From Chrysomallon squamiferum (Eukaryota > Animalia > Mollusca), in contig CM022677.1 in assembly GCA_012295275.1 (NCBI GenBank), positions 6,696,001-6,760,000 of the forward strand: a stretch of 64,000 nucleotides of DNA, given 5' to 3'. Below the pieces are notes generated by a model. It was given only the letters and a program-made list of their open reading frames with translations. It did not search any database and was not told where the DNA came from. Both the position numbers and the translations under genes were made by a program. Shown piece after piece: positions 28,200 to 43,100 of this stretch. Positions within the stretch are counted from its first letter, which is position 1, and each line of letters starts with the position of its first letter.

Positions 28200-28710
28200 C
28201 TTACGTGTAGCTGACTGTCTGGATAACACGTGTTTCATTAAAAATTCCGATGGCCATTTCTGTTCGACGTATAGAGTAGTTTTCTATTAGTTAGAGCTGA
28301 GATTCAACCAAAAATGGCATAATATTGCTTCATTATGTCAGTCTATGACATCACATAAAAGTGAAATGGGTTCATAATACAAAATCTTAAAGAATACAGG
28401 TATTTTACACTGATTATTTGTATTAAATAAATAAATAAACAAATCATTTCATTTCATTTTAATACCGACTGCACAATTTAAATAGTGGATTTTGGATATC
28501 ATTATATATGTAAATGTTTAGGCGCCAGTTTAATCTGATATTTTGAAAGCTTCAGGTGAGATTTTACTGATAACTGGAGAAGAAACATTAATATTTACTT
28601 GAAAGTAAAGACATTATTGCTATGTTTTAGAATGAAATAAATGATATATTCATATCTCATAAAACACTAGTTCAGGAGGACAGGCATATTTTCTATGATG
28701 TAACTTATTA
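28200..28710 (+). repeat. Duplication block B, paralog of 52460-53080
   Basis: Shared ACGTGTAGCTGACTGTCTGGATAACACGTGTTTCATTAAAAA, GGAGAAGAAACATTAA and TTCAGGAGGACAGGCAT.TTTTCTATGATGTAACTTA. Confidence 0.85.
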
Positions 28711-28796
28711 TCACTATTTGTTCTGAAGCAAAACACGAAGATTTAACTAAAAAAGTAAAAAAATTAAAAAATTAAAAATAAAATTAAAAAAGCCTT

Positions 28797-29165
28797 AAAG
28801 AATAATGAGAAATACTCGATGAAAGCTGGCAACGATAGTGATATTTAATAGAAATAGTAATAATGCTTTTTAACATAGGATGTTTACACTAAGAAAGCAT
28901 TAATAATAGTTAATAAAAAGCAAAAGAAAAAGGAGAAGTACACCTAGAACGTAGGGAACAACGTGGTTACGACGGTAATGACGGCGACATTAATGGAGAT
29001 AATAATAACATATTTTAATATATGATGGGCACGGTCAGAAAATAAGAATAACATCGAATAAAAGACGAAAAAGAATAATGAGGAGTAAACCAGTAACGTT
29101 AGGAACAACACCGGTACGATGGCAACGTCGGCGGCATTAATAGAAATTAATATATTTTAATAGGT
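28797..29165 (+). repeat. Three tandem degenerate copies of the ACGACGGCAACGACGGCGAC motif unit
   Basis: AAGAATAATGAG...GGCAACGA.GG.GACATTAATAGAAAT repeats, the same family as 5935-6098 and 20581-20670. Confidence 0.7.
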
Positions 29166-29932
29166 GGTGAAAGTATGAGGAGTAATTATAATATCAGTAA
29201 CCGAATAAAATAAACGTTATCGGCATAATCTATATTTATCAATATAATTTCTTTTTTTTATATCACTTCTGTAATCTAGTTATGTTAATAAGATAAAGGA
29301 CGTCAGAATGTGATAAAGTAAGCTAATGTATTTATAATATTTCTTTTATCTGAGTATTAGTTTTATCGTATAAACGACTGTAATGGTAGCAGAAGACCTT
29401 TTTAAAATAAATATGTCAGAAATACAGGAGAAATTAATGTAGTTTTCTCTTACAGTGATATCAAGAAATAAAAGGTTAATGTTTTAACGAGATTTAACAG
29501 TATTAAAGAGTATAAAAAGAAAAAGGGTTTTATTTTGTCTTCGCCTCCGAAATGTTTGGTACACAGTAGTCTTTTTTCTTTTGGATGACTTGAAATTAAT
29601 ATCGTAATCGAGACTCATTTCCGACTTGTGCGTCACTTCGCGTCTTCTAGAAAAACAGTTAAATCTTCGTTTACCATTGAACGATAACAGATCATTTTGA
29701 ATTCGCTGATAAGAAATATTCACTTATTAATAATGTTAATGACACCAAGGTAGGAATCATACAAACGAAAAAAACAAACAAAAAAAAAAAAAAAAAAAAA
29801 AAAAAACGTTTGGGAATGCTCACGATTCGGAACTAAGAACCTCTAAGATCGTAGTGTTTATATCAGATCTCATTTTCTTAAACAGAAATTTAAACTCAAC
29901 AAACTTTTTTAAAATTATATTTTTTATTTATT

Positions 29933-29988
<56 letters not shown>

Positions 29989-31696
29989 CGTCATTTCAGA
30001 AAATGTAAAATAAATAAATAAATAAATAAATAAATAAGAATGGAATATGAAAATTAATACTGAACAATCTATGTATTTTTCATTATTAACAATGGAAAAT
30101 ATATAAATATTGATTTTCCAAACTAGTTTTATTCACAATAAAAAATACAAACTTATTTAAAAAAATGTATGGTATAATAAGAGTCCATAATTCTTTATAA
30201 TGTATTATTACTTTCTCCTTATTTAAGTTTTTGGAAAGCTGATAAATCAGCACATTAAATCTCTTTATTAACTTTGTAAAAAGCACAGTCCATAGTGAAA
30301 AGTGAAGATTAAAGGGCTTTTTTTGTTGTTGTTTTTTCTATTAAAAAGGAAGAAGTGAGAAGACCTGAAATTAAGGAGGTGTGTTATTATCTATACACAG
30401 TCTGATACTGAAAAGAAGAGTTGTAAAGGTTAAACTTTTATTGTAAACAAGAAGCCCAGTAGACATGAAGAAATATGGATGGTAAGTGCCCTTTCTAAAT
30501 AAATGTATTAGAGAAAATAGGGTGGAGGTAAAGGTATACCGGATAATTAAATGTGAGCGATGATTTCAAAACATTTACTTTAAAGAGAAGCTCATTGTAT
30601 ATTTAGAATTATAGAACAGGTTAAGTGATAAACATGCTTTTTTTAACTTCAATAACAAGTTTTAAAATGTCTATAAACACTGACAAATGAACAGATAGAT
30701 GAAAAGATACATAGATGTAGATTATACAGACTGCATGAGAAACAGTCACCGTGATAAGTAAAAGATGGTAAAAATATAATAATAAGATATAAACAGACAG
30801 ACAGAAGACACACCATAGCTAAATTAATAGAGAGGAAGATACACAGTGATAATAACAACTAATTTAGAAAGTGAGAAAGAAAATATATAAAGTTATGTAG
30901 ATACAGTGTGTTTGTAGGTGGACAAACAGAAAGACAGGTTGTAATGTAGGTATGTAGACATAGTTAGATATGTAGAGGGAGTTGGGTAGATGATTGATGG
31001 ATGGTTATGTGTTTGTATATGCATGGATGGACAAGATAAAAGAAAACTAGATAAGATAGAAGAAGCAGATAGGTAGGTACACAGGTAGGGTTGTGTGTAC
31101 AACAGATAACTCAGCAGTTTGATGGATAGATACAAAGAGAGATAGAGAGTGATGGATAGGAAGATGGGTAACTACATGTATATGGAAGTGCGAGTACATG
31201 TGTTAGATGTGCTAGAATGTGTGAATGAGAGTGCTTGTGTTATAAATGGACAGACATACAGAAAGACAGAAGTTGTAAGGTAGTTATGCAGGGAGATAGC
31301 TGCAGAGATGGACAGGTGATTGATGGATCAGAATGTGAACAGAGAGATCAAACAAAAAATATGGCATATAGGTATGTAAGTTGAGTACATTGTTCTGTTA
31401 CAGAAATGTTTGTATGAATGTGAAGGGGAATGTGCTTGTGTGTTTTAGAGGAGTGGCTGTTAATTTAATGTTTTATTGTGTATTTTTAGGGCCAGTCAGA
31501 GGGGATGTGCATATATATAAGAGTGTTTATAGATGGACATATATACAGTATATAGATAGGGAGATTTAATGTAAAAGACAAATAGACAGAAAAAATAGAT
31601 AAACCATTGATAGATAAGTAGATATGTAGGCAGATCAGTAGGTAGATAAGATTAGTATGTACATAGGTACATAGATTTTATATATATATATATATA

Positions 31697-31730
<34 letters not shown>

Positions 31731-31901
31731 GATTAGTGAGTTGGTAGTAACCACATGTATAAGAGAGTGCAGGTATCTATGCTTCTGTGTTAGGGAAGTA
31801 TGGCTAAATATTGAGAGTGTACTTGTGTTATAAATGTTCAGAAATACAGAAAGACAGATTTGTATGTAGTGATATAGACTCTAACACAAAGAGAGGCATA
31901 G

Positions 31902-31946
<45 letters not shown>

Positions 31947-33071
31947 TGAGTGTGTGTGTGTTTGTATGTGTGTGTGTTTGTTTATGTATATATGTATAGA
32001 GAGAGAGAGAGATAATTATGTGTCTGTGTGTAATGGTATTTTTGACACTTCTAGTTTGTTTTGTTCTTAAAAACAAGTCTGGAAGAATTAAAAAAGAAGG
32101 ATGCAAGCAAGTAGAAGTGCTTTACTTGTTTAGGTGATAAAAAACTGTTTTCAGTTCTTGTCTTGAAATTTAGTAATTGTTAATTTTAATATATTTATTT
32201 ACATTTTGTTTAGTTTTATTGTACTTCCTCCTTTGTTATCTTATTATTATTACTACTACTACTTGTTCTGAAGTAAGTGGTCTGGATATGTCTTATAATA
32301 ATAAATAATGGTAATAATAGTAATGTGTTTAAGTACATATGCAGGGCTTGTAATAGCCAGTCACCAAATGCTACCAAAGTTCTGTTTGGATGACTGGGAT
32401 GTTAAAAAAATTATGAGTTAGTTTCTGAAGAATATTTTTAAATCTAACTTCAATACATGTTTTCCTTTATAAACTGAAATATGAATCTGGTCAACTATAT
32501 ATATATGAATTTGTTCTCAAAAGATTCTATTATGCAAAATAATCATACATTCCTAGTCTGGGATAGTTAAAAAATACAGTTGTTGCGCCAGTAAATCTAA
32601 TATTAAGTTGATAGGCATCAGATTGAGAAAATTCTTTGATATATTTCTATCTCTATCGCATTTCCCCAGTATAGTGAAAGAAACACTTACCAATAAACCA
32701 TTATTAAAATAGTCCTACTTATGACTGAGAATTTGAAGCTTGACATGTTCAAACTTGACCAGACATTTACTATTTGAAAAGTAAACATAAATAATGTAAT
32801 TACGATATGTTTGTTTATGTTCTTTGGTCTGGTTACAGGATCATCCTATTATTACATACTAAGTAGAATGGATTGTAATGGTGTTGACCTGTTTTTTTTT
32901 GTTGTAGTCTGGGTGATTCTAACTAATAGTATATAAGTCCAGCTGGATGTTAAGAAGTCTTGTTTGTTTCAGTATATAGCAGAACATTATAATTTTGATA
33001 AATAAATTAATCATATTAGAAAATTATACCAGATTTTTTTAATACTTTTTGTTCTATATTTGTTTATTTAG

Positions 33072-35891
33072 ACAAATCTGGCTAAATAGTAGAAAACAGT
33101 GACTTGCACATGAAACCAGATAGTTGTTTAAATATAGCTATCATACCACCAACTCAAACTTTGGATCTTGTGATGTCCAGCATTTCAGAGGATTTTCTTA
33201 ACCAGCTTGGAAGACCTTTCAGGTAAGTCAGACAAAAGACACATCAGTAGATTTTATATGTTTTTTATTTGTTTTAATGAAGAAAAATAGAATTATAAAT
33301 AATTATTTACAAATATTAAACATGAATAGTAATAATAGCAACAGCAACAACCACCACCACAACAACAAGAAAAATAATAACTAAAATAAAACAAACCTGT
33401 AAAAACCAGTACTTCATTTCTTGATTCTGTTTTATAAAAATTCCATGATATTCCTGAAAAATGTACCTTCCAAATGCACAGACATCAAGTTGGTGGTAAT
33501 TATGTTATAAATTGCCATTGATCAGGAGGAAGCAGGTGTAAATCCTTACAACTCTGTTTCCTACCAGTGAAAACTTTATATATGAGATGACATAGAAGTT
33601 ATTAGTTTCCTTGTCAGTGTTGCAGCATCATACGATTGTCTGAATTATTTCGTTCAGGATTCAAATCTGATATATATATTTTTTTATGAATTAATTATAT
33701 CATCTCATTCAAAACATTAGCAATTAATTATTATTAATTAATTAGAATTCTCGTTATCTTTTGGGATTAAAAGATTATTATTGTGGATAAATTTAATGTT
33801 GTAGCCAGGTTATTAACTTATATTTTTAATCAAATCTAAAATTAGATGTATAGAATCAGTGCTAAGTGTTCCAAAAAAGTAATCAAAATGACTGAATTCA
33901 CATACCTAGTGCAGAATGACATTAACGTTTTGTTATTAGAACTGAAAAGCATTGGTATCTGTTATGATATAGTTACCATGTGTCACTGTAAATTATTTTT
34001 TCCATCAAGTTCTGTCAAACTGTTGTGATTCACTAACAGTTCTCAAAAATAATCATTAGTCCTTATTGTGGAATTTTTGACAATGATTTAGGACAGCTGT
34101 CTCAACTGTATATTTTTATTTCAGTTCACCAACTTATCAGATGAAGACGTCAAAGTGAGTACATTTTTATTCTGCATTTACTTAGAATTTTACTTAAAGA
34201 TGTGATTTATTTGTTATTTTAGATAATGATATAAACAGTTTTTGTCACTGAGATCTTTCAGTGTGATAAACAATACATATGTGAAAAATGATTATTTATT
34301 GAGTTAGTGTAGTGTTTTGGAGATGGTGTATGCTTTTAGTGTTTATTAAATGTAGTAATAATTTTTCTTCTTACACATTTATCTTTAAGTTATACTAGAC
34401 AAACTTCACTCAGTTTAATCTGAAAATGAAATAACAAGCTTATGAAAAGAGATAGTTTTCCTATTTAAAAAGCCACATTATAGATACAAATGTTAAAAAT
34501 CAAACAAACACACACTCACACACACTCACTCACGTACACACAGAATATGTATCTCTTGCTCAGACTATCAGGGAATTTATGTTTCCTAGTTACAAAATGA
34601 AATGTCTGCTTATTATTTTATTAACATACTTTATTATTTTCAGTGTAATGTGACTTGAATGTTCTTACATTAGCATTTGATTGAATTTATATATTACAGT
34701 TTATTTTTGGTATTTTAACTACACTAAGTTCCTTACCTTCAAGATAGACAAATTAACTCAAGAGCAGAGAAAAGAGACTCAAGAAAGGTCATGGGACATT
34801 GCTGAAAAGAACATGGACCAAGAACTACATGGCTTAAGGAATGATGTTGAGGTATGTGTGAAATCAGTTCATAAAGAAAAACAGATTTATGTGAATTTTG
34901 TTGAAGGTCTTTCTGAATGAAAAATTCTTAATTATGTGAATCAAATTCATCTTTATTTTAGACATGATTTTTATCTCTTTAGATTATTTTTCAGTAAATA
35001 ATTTGAATTGATAATTGCATCATTAAATCTCATTAGAATACAAAACAAAAGATTTAAAAAAGGTTATGTTTCAATTTTTAGTTTACTATAATTATATTGA
35101 TTCATGCTGTTTTAATTTATTGAACTGTTTTATAACAAGGAAATGTCAGTATTTACTGAATGACATTCAGATCTTTCTTCATGTATTTATTGGAACTGAA
35201 GATACCAATACACTAAACTGTGGATTTAAACTGTTTATTTTCAGAAGTTAAATCAGCTTGTTAAGGATAGAAATATTCAAGAAATTGTTGATAAATACAA
35301 ACTCAGATTGACATTTTGGAACACAGAGCAGCTCAAGTCTCCAGTAGAGTTGAAGTATTTGGTGCTGTCCAGCAGGTATTTAAATACATTATTCATTTTA
35401 TTTCACTTTTAAATATTTCTTCAGTCTTTCACAAAATTCTATGCAAAATAGTTTTCTTACACTGAATTAAGCAACATACATAAAAATGTAATATATTTGT
35501 TTTTGTAAAATCATGAAAATGATTGGCAATTACTGATGCTTTGTCTGCCATATAAGATCTCATTTATTGAAAGAATCCATAGAATCACTAAGGACTAATT
35601 ATTTGTTCAGTTATAAAGACACCTGCCATGATATGGCAGTCTGATTTTAAGATTCTTTATACTTTACTCTAACTTTTTTACTTTATTTTATTTATTTATT
35701 TTTTTTATTTATTTATAAAAGGAACAATAATTAATAACCAGAGAATTCTACAAGTAAAATAGGTACAAATATAATTGTGTGTGTTTTTTGTAGGAGGTGA
35801 GACTCAGTTGTACAATGGAGGTAATGGTTGCTCATGTTGGGAACATTAAACAACCACACAAAAAATATCAGACAGAACTTGAAGATACCAA
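33072..35891 (+). pseudogene. LRMP: Unprocessed IRAG/MRVI1/LRMP (Jaw1) family pseudogene exons
   Basis: Exons: 33072-33222 (..LDLVMSSISEDFLNQLG), 34125-34154 (FTNLSDEDVK), ~34723-34851 (LTFKIDKLTQEQRKETQERSWDIAEKNMDQEL), 35245-35375 (KLNQLVKDRNIQEIVDK/../AAQVSSRVEVFGAVQQ; 131 nt, frameshifted) and 35794-35891 (EVRLSCTMEVMVAHVGNIKQPHKKYQTELED). These match the recalled IRAG1/LRMP coiled coil ([46 protein letters not shown]). Confidence 0.85.
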
Positions 35892-36423
35892 GTAAGTTAA
35901 CACTCTTTTCTTATCCATTCACGTGTGTCACCTCTTTAACTGACAAAGATGATTTATGATATTTGTATAAAAATTAAGGTGAAAAATAATCAGGATGTAA
36001 TATTTTTGTCAGAAGCTAATGTTAACTGTTATCTCATTACTTGCATTTTTTATTTTTTTTATTGTTAGCCCTAATCAGATAAAAATTGATGAAAAAGGCT
36101 GTTAATTCAGATATTTTGTAAGAACAAATAATGTAAATTATTTGTTGCTGAATTGAGCGCTCTTCAGAATTTATTCAGATCTTTGTTGTCACTGATATAC
36201 TTAATTAAGGATGGCATTGTGTTGGCTCTTTTTTTGTTGTTGTTTTCATTATTATTATTATGATTATTGTTATTATTATTATTATTATTTCTTTTTCTTC
36301 TATTTTCTTACATTTTCCTTTCTCTGTATTTTCTTTTTTATCTTCTCGAGTTTTCCATGTCCTTGCTGTTGCTGCTGTAGCTGCTGTTGTTGTTCTTATT
36401 ATATTTATTTTTATTATTAACAG

Positions 36424-36620
36424 ATATGGCAACAGCTTCAGATTCCGATGATATTCGTTCATGTTGACTTTGTATGGAAATTTTTGACAAGCTGTGAGTT
36501 CTGTATTGAGGACACTTGTTCTGCACCAAATGTCTGCAGGGCTACATAAACCACACTTAGATAACAACGAGATAAAACTGTTCCTTTCCTGTTTCCATTC
36601 TGGTGTCAGGTGTAGACAAA
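36424..36620 (+). pseudogene. TRIM-type N-terminal C3HC4 RING finger remnant
   Basis: After the acceptor ttaacag, it reads MATASDSDDIRSC*LCMEIFDKL*VLY*GHLFCTKCLQGYINHT*...SFP. The C-x2-C...GHxFCxxCL spacing is kept, with several stops and loss of the final CPxCR. Confidence 0.75.
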
Positions 36621-37195
36621 AGTAAAATTGTTCTTAGTGATTATAACAATTACTGTGTAAAATGTTTTTGTTTAGAAAGAAACTAACTGATAAACAGATA
36701 GGAAACTTCCTCTCCACCATGTGTTAATATGGTAAAGCACTTTTACCTTGGGTGGGTGTTTTGTGTGTCAGTGTGTGTGCATGTGTTTTGTGGATGTGTT
36801 TATTATTTGTTTTTTGTTTTTTTTTAATTTTATTACCTAGGTCAAAGTTATAATACTGTATTCATGTTAGACAGTTATATAGATTTTTAACTTAAATTAT
36901 ATGGAGAAATTATTTAGTGTTGATTGCAGATTTGAATATATGCTTAAAAAGTCATTTTACATTAAACACATATTAAAATTTAAAGTATTTTAAAATAAAT
37001 AGTATATAAAAAAAAAACAATTCATCAATGGTCAAATTTCCATCAATCATTCAGTGACTGACAAAAACAATGAGTATTATAATATCACGTTTTAGATTTT
37101 ATATTCTTTTAGTTGCTTTTAACAATAACATTTTGAATTAATATTACAGTACAGGTAAATGATATAAGTTTCAATGAATGACCTGATATAAAAAC

Positions 37196-40100
37196 CACAG
37201 ACAGGATAGTACATACCACAGTCAGTAACAACAACTAGACACGATGCACTGCCTTGAAGAGTCACTGACAGGATAATACATACCACAGACTTTAACAACA
37301 ACTAGAAACGATGCACTGCCTTGAACAGACTCACTGACAGGATAGTACATACCACACACTCTCTGACAGGGTAGTATGTACCACATTCTGCAATATAGTA
37401 GATACAGTGCAGTGACTTCAACAAACAGACTCAGTGACAGAGTAGTACATCCCAAAGTCTGTTATATACTAAACACGATGCATTGCCTTGAACAAACAGA
37501 CTCACTGACAGGCTAGTACATACCAGAGTCTGTAATATACTAAACACGATGCACTGCCTTGCACAGACTCACTGACAGGGTAGTACATACCACAGTGTGT
37601 AATATAGTAGACACGACGCATTGCCTTGAACAAACAGACTCACTGACAGGGTAGTACATACCACAGTCTGTAATATTCTAAACACCATGCATTGCCTTCA
37701 AAAAACAGACTCACTGACAGGATAGTTCATACCACAGTCTGTAATACTAGATACAGTGCACTGCCTTGAACAAATAGACTCACTCACAGGGTAGTACATA
37801 CCACAGTCCGTAGGATACTAGACACGACGCACTGCCTTGAGCAAACAGACTGTCTCACAGGATAGTACATACCACACTCTGTAATATAGTAGACACGATG
37901 CATTGCCTTGAACAAACAGACTCACTTACATGGTAGTACATACCACAGTCTGTAATATAGTATTCACGATGCATTGCCTTGAAAAGACTCACTGACATGA
38001 TAGTACATATCACAGTCTGTCGGATACTACACACGATCCACTGCATTGAAGAAACATACTCGCTCACAGGATAATACATACCACAGTTTGTAATGTACTA
38101 AACATGATGCACTGACTTGAATATACTCACTGACAAGATAGTACATCCCACAATCTGTAATATACTAGGCACGATGCACTGCCTTGAACAAACAGACTCA
38201 CTGACAGGATAGTACATACCACAGTCTGTAATATAGTAGACACGATGCACTGCCTTGAACAAACAGACTCACTGACAGGATAGTACATACCACAGTCTGT
38301 AATATACTAGACGCGATGCAATGACTTGAACAAACTCACTGAGAGGATAGTACATACCACAGTCTGTAATATACTTGACACGATTGAATGCCATGAACAG
38401 ACTCACTGGCAGGATAGTACATAACACAGTCTGTAATATTCTACACACGATGCACTGCCTTCAAAAAACAGACTTACTCACAGGATAGTACATACCACAG
38501 TCTATAATACTAGATACTAGACACGATGCACTGGCTTCAACAGACTCACTGACACAATGCTACATACAACACTTTGTAATAGGTAGGCACGATGAACGGC
38601 CTTGAACAAACAGACTGACTTGCAGGATAGTACATACCACATTCTGTAATACTAGACACGATCCACTGCCTTGAACAAACAGACTCACTGACAGGATAGT
38701 ACATACCACAGTCTGTAGTATACTAGTCACGATACACTGCCTTGAACAAACAGACTCACTGATAGGATAGTACATACCACAGTCTGTAATATACTTGACA
38801 CGATTGAATGCCGTGAACAGACTCACTGGCAGGATAGTACATAACACAGTCTGTAATATTCTACACACGATGCACTGCCTTCAAAAAACAGAGTTACTCA
38901 CAGGATAGTACATACCACAGTCTATAATACTAGATACTAGACACGATGCACTGGCTTCAACAGACTCACTGACACAATGCTACATACAACACTTTCTAAT
39001 AAGGTAGGCACGATGAACGGCCTTGAACAAATAGACTGACTTGCAGGCTAGTACATACCACATTCTGTAATACTAGACACGATCCACTGCCTTGAACACA
39101 CTCATTGACAGGACAGTACATAACACAGTCTATAATATAGTCGACACGATGCATTGCCTTGAACAAACAGACTCACTGACAGGGTAGTACATACCACAGT
39201 CTATAATACTAGATACTAGACACGATGCACTGGCTTCAACAGACTCACTGAGACAATGCTACATACAACACTTTCTAATAAGGTAGGTACGATGAACGGC
39301 CTTGAACAAATAGACTGACTTGCAGTCTAGTACATACCACATTCTGTAATCCACTGCCTTGAACAATCTCATTGACAGGACAGTACATAACACAGTCTAT
39401 AATATAGTCGACACGATGCATTGCCTTGAACAAACAGACTCACTGACAGGGTAGTACATACCACAGTCTATAATATAGTAGACACCATGCACTGCCTTGA
39501 ACAAACAGACTCCCTTGCAGGATAGTACATACCACAGTCTGTAATATATTAAACACCACGCATTGCCTTCAAAAAACAGACTCACTGACAAGATAGTACA
39601 TACCACAGTCTGTAATACTAGATACAGTGCAATGCCTTGAACAAATAGACTCACTGACAGGGTAGTAATTAGAACAGTCTGTAGGATACTAGACACGATG
39701 CACTGACTTGAACAGACTCACTGACAGGATAGTACATACCACAGTCTGTAGGATAATAGACACGATGCACTGACTTGAACAGACTCACTGACAGGTTAGT
39801 ACATAGCACAGTCTGTAATATAGTAGACAAGATTCACTGCCTTGAAGAAACAGACTCCCTGGTAGGATAGTACATACCACAATCTGTAATATACTAAACA
39901 CGACAAATTGCCTTGAGCAAACAGACCCACTGACAGGTTAGTACATACCACAGTCTGTAATATGGTAGACACGATGCATTGCCTTGAACAAACAGACTCA
40001 CTGACAGGGTAGTACATACCACAGTCTGTAATATGGTAGTCACGATCCATTGCCTTGAACAAACAGACTCACTGACAGGTTAGTACATACCACAGTCTAT

Positions 40101-43100
40101 AATACTAGATACAGTGCACTACCTTGTACAAACAGACTCACTGACAGGATAGTACATACCACAGTCTATAATACTAGATACAGTGCACTACCTTGTACAA
40201 ACAGACTCACTGACAGGGTAGTACATACCACAGTCTATAATACTAGATACAGTGCACTACCTTGTACAAACAGACTCACTGACAGGGTAGTATATATCAC
40301 AGTCTGTAATATACTAGACAGGATGCACTTCCTTGACCAGACTCACTGAGAGGATAGTAGATACCAGTCTGTACGATACTAGGCACGATGCACTGACTTG
40401 AACATACTCACTGACAGGATAGTAAATCCGATAATCTGTAATATACTAGGCACGATGCACTGCCTTGAACAAACAGACTGACTGGCAGGATAGTACATAC
40501 CACATTCTGTAATACTAGACACGATCCACTGACTTGAACAGACTCACTGACAGCATAGTACATACCACAGTCTGTAGTTATACTAGACACGATGCACTGC
40601 CTTGAACAAACAGACTCACTGACAGGACAGTACATACCACAATCCGTAGGATACTAGACACGATGCACTGACTTGAACAGACTCACTGACAGCATAGTAC
40701 ATACCACAGTCTGTAGTAATATTAGACACGATGCACTGCCTTGAACAAACAGACTCACTGACAGGACAGTACATACCACAATCCGTAGGATACTAGACAC
40801 GATGCACTGACTTGAACAGACTCTTTGACAGGACAGTACAGACCACAGTCTGAACTAGACACGATACACTGCCTTGAACAAACAGACTGTCTGAAAGGAT
40901 AGTACATTCCACAGTCTGTAATATAGTAGACACGATGCACTGCCTTGAACAAACAGACTCACTGACAGGATAGTACATACCACAGTCTGTAGTATACTAG
41001 ACATGATGCACTGACTTGAATATACTCACTGACAAGATAGTACATCCCACAATCTGTAATATACTAGGCACGATGCACTGCCTTGAACAAACAGACTCAC
41101 TGACAGGATAGTACATACCACTGTCTGTGATATAGTAGACACGATACACTGCCTTGATCAAACAGACTCACTGATAGGAGAGTACATAACACAGTCTGTA
41201 ATATTCTACACACCATGCACTGACTTCAAAAAACAGACTTACTCACAGGATAGTACATACCACAGTCTATAATACTAGATACTAGACACGATGCACTGGC
41301 TTCAACAGACTCACTGAGACAATGCTACATACAACACTTTGCAATATGGTAGGCACGATGAACGGCCTTGAACAAATAGACTGACTTGCAGGATAGTACA
41401 TACCACATTCTGTAATACTAGACACGATCCACTGCCTTGAACAAACAGATTCACTGACAGGATAGTACATACCACAGTCTGTAGTATACTAGTCACGATA
41501 CACTGCCTTGAACAAACAGACTCACTGATAGGATAGTACATACCACAGTCTGTAATATACTTGACACAATTGAATGCCGTGAACAGACTCACTGGCAGTA
41601 TAGTACATAACACAGTCTGTAATATTCTACACACGATGCACTGCCTTCGAAAAACAGAGTTACTCACAGGATAGTACATACCACAGTCTATAATACTAGA
41701 TACTAGACACGATGCACTGGCTTCAACAGACTCACTGAGACAATGCTACATACAACACTTTCTAATAAGGTAGGTACGATGAACGGCCTTGAACAAATAG
41801 ACTGACTTGCAGTCTAGTACATACCACATTCTGTAATACTAGACACGATCCACTGCCTTGAACAATCTCATTGACAGGACAGTACATAACACAGTCTATA
41901 ATATAGTCGACACGATGCATTGCCTTGAACAAACAGACTCACTGACAGGGTAGTACATACCACAGTTTATAATATAGTAGACACCATGCACTGCCTTGAA
42001 CAAACAGACTCCCTTGCAGGATAGTACATACCACAGTCTGTAATATATTAAACACCACGCATTGCCTTCAAAAAACAGACTTACTGACAAGATAGTACAT
42101 ACCACAGTCTGTAATACTAGATACAGTGCAATGCCTTGAACAAATAGACTCACTGACAGGGTAGTAATTAGAACAGTCTGTAGGATACTAGACACGATGC
42201 ACTGACTTGAACAGACTCACTGACAGGATAGTACATACCACAGTCTGTAGGATAATAGACACGATGCACTGACTTGAACAGACTCACTGACAGGTTAGTA
42301 CATAGCACAGTCTGTAATGTAGTAGACAAGATTCACTGCCTTGAAGAAACAGACTCCCTGGTAGGATAGTACATACCACAATCTGTAATATACTAAACAC
42401 GACAAATTGCCTTGAGCAAACAGACCCACTGACAGGTTAGTACATACCACAGACTGTAATATGGTAGACACGATGCATTGCCTTGAACAAACAGACTCAC
42501 TGACAGGGTAGTACATACCACAGTCTGTAATATGGTAGTCACGATCCATTGCCTTGAACAAACAGACTCACTGACAGGTTAGTACATACCACAGTCTATA
42601 ATACTAGATACAGTGCACTACCTTGTACAAACAGACTCACTGACAGGATAGTACATACCACAGTCTATAATACTAGATACAGTGCACTACCTTGTACAAA
42701 CAGACTCACTGACAGGGTAGTACATACCACAGTCTATAATACTAGATACAGTGCACTACCTTGTACAAACAGACTCACTGACAGGGTAGTATATATCACA
42801 GTCTGTAATATACTAGACAGGATGCACTTCCTTGACCAGACTCACTGACAGGATAGTAGATACCAGTCTGTACGATACTAGGCACGATGCAGTGACTTGA
42901 ACATACTCACTGACAAGATAGTAAATCCGATAATCTGTAATATACTAGGCACGATGCACTGCCTTGAACAAACAGACTCACTGACAGGATAGTACATACC
43001 AGAGTCTGTAATATACTAGACACGATTGAATGCCGTAAACAGACTCGCTGGCAGGATAGTACATACCACAGTCTGTAATACTAGATACTAGACACGATGC

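Noticed and set aside
29808-29870. tRNA-like or SINE fragment on the minus strand next to an A-run
   Set aside because: Only a loose T-arm resemblance; no A-box or cloverleaf.
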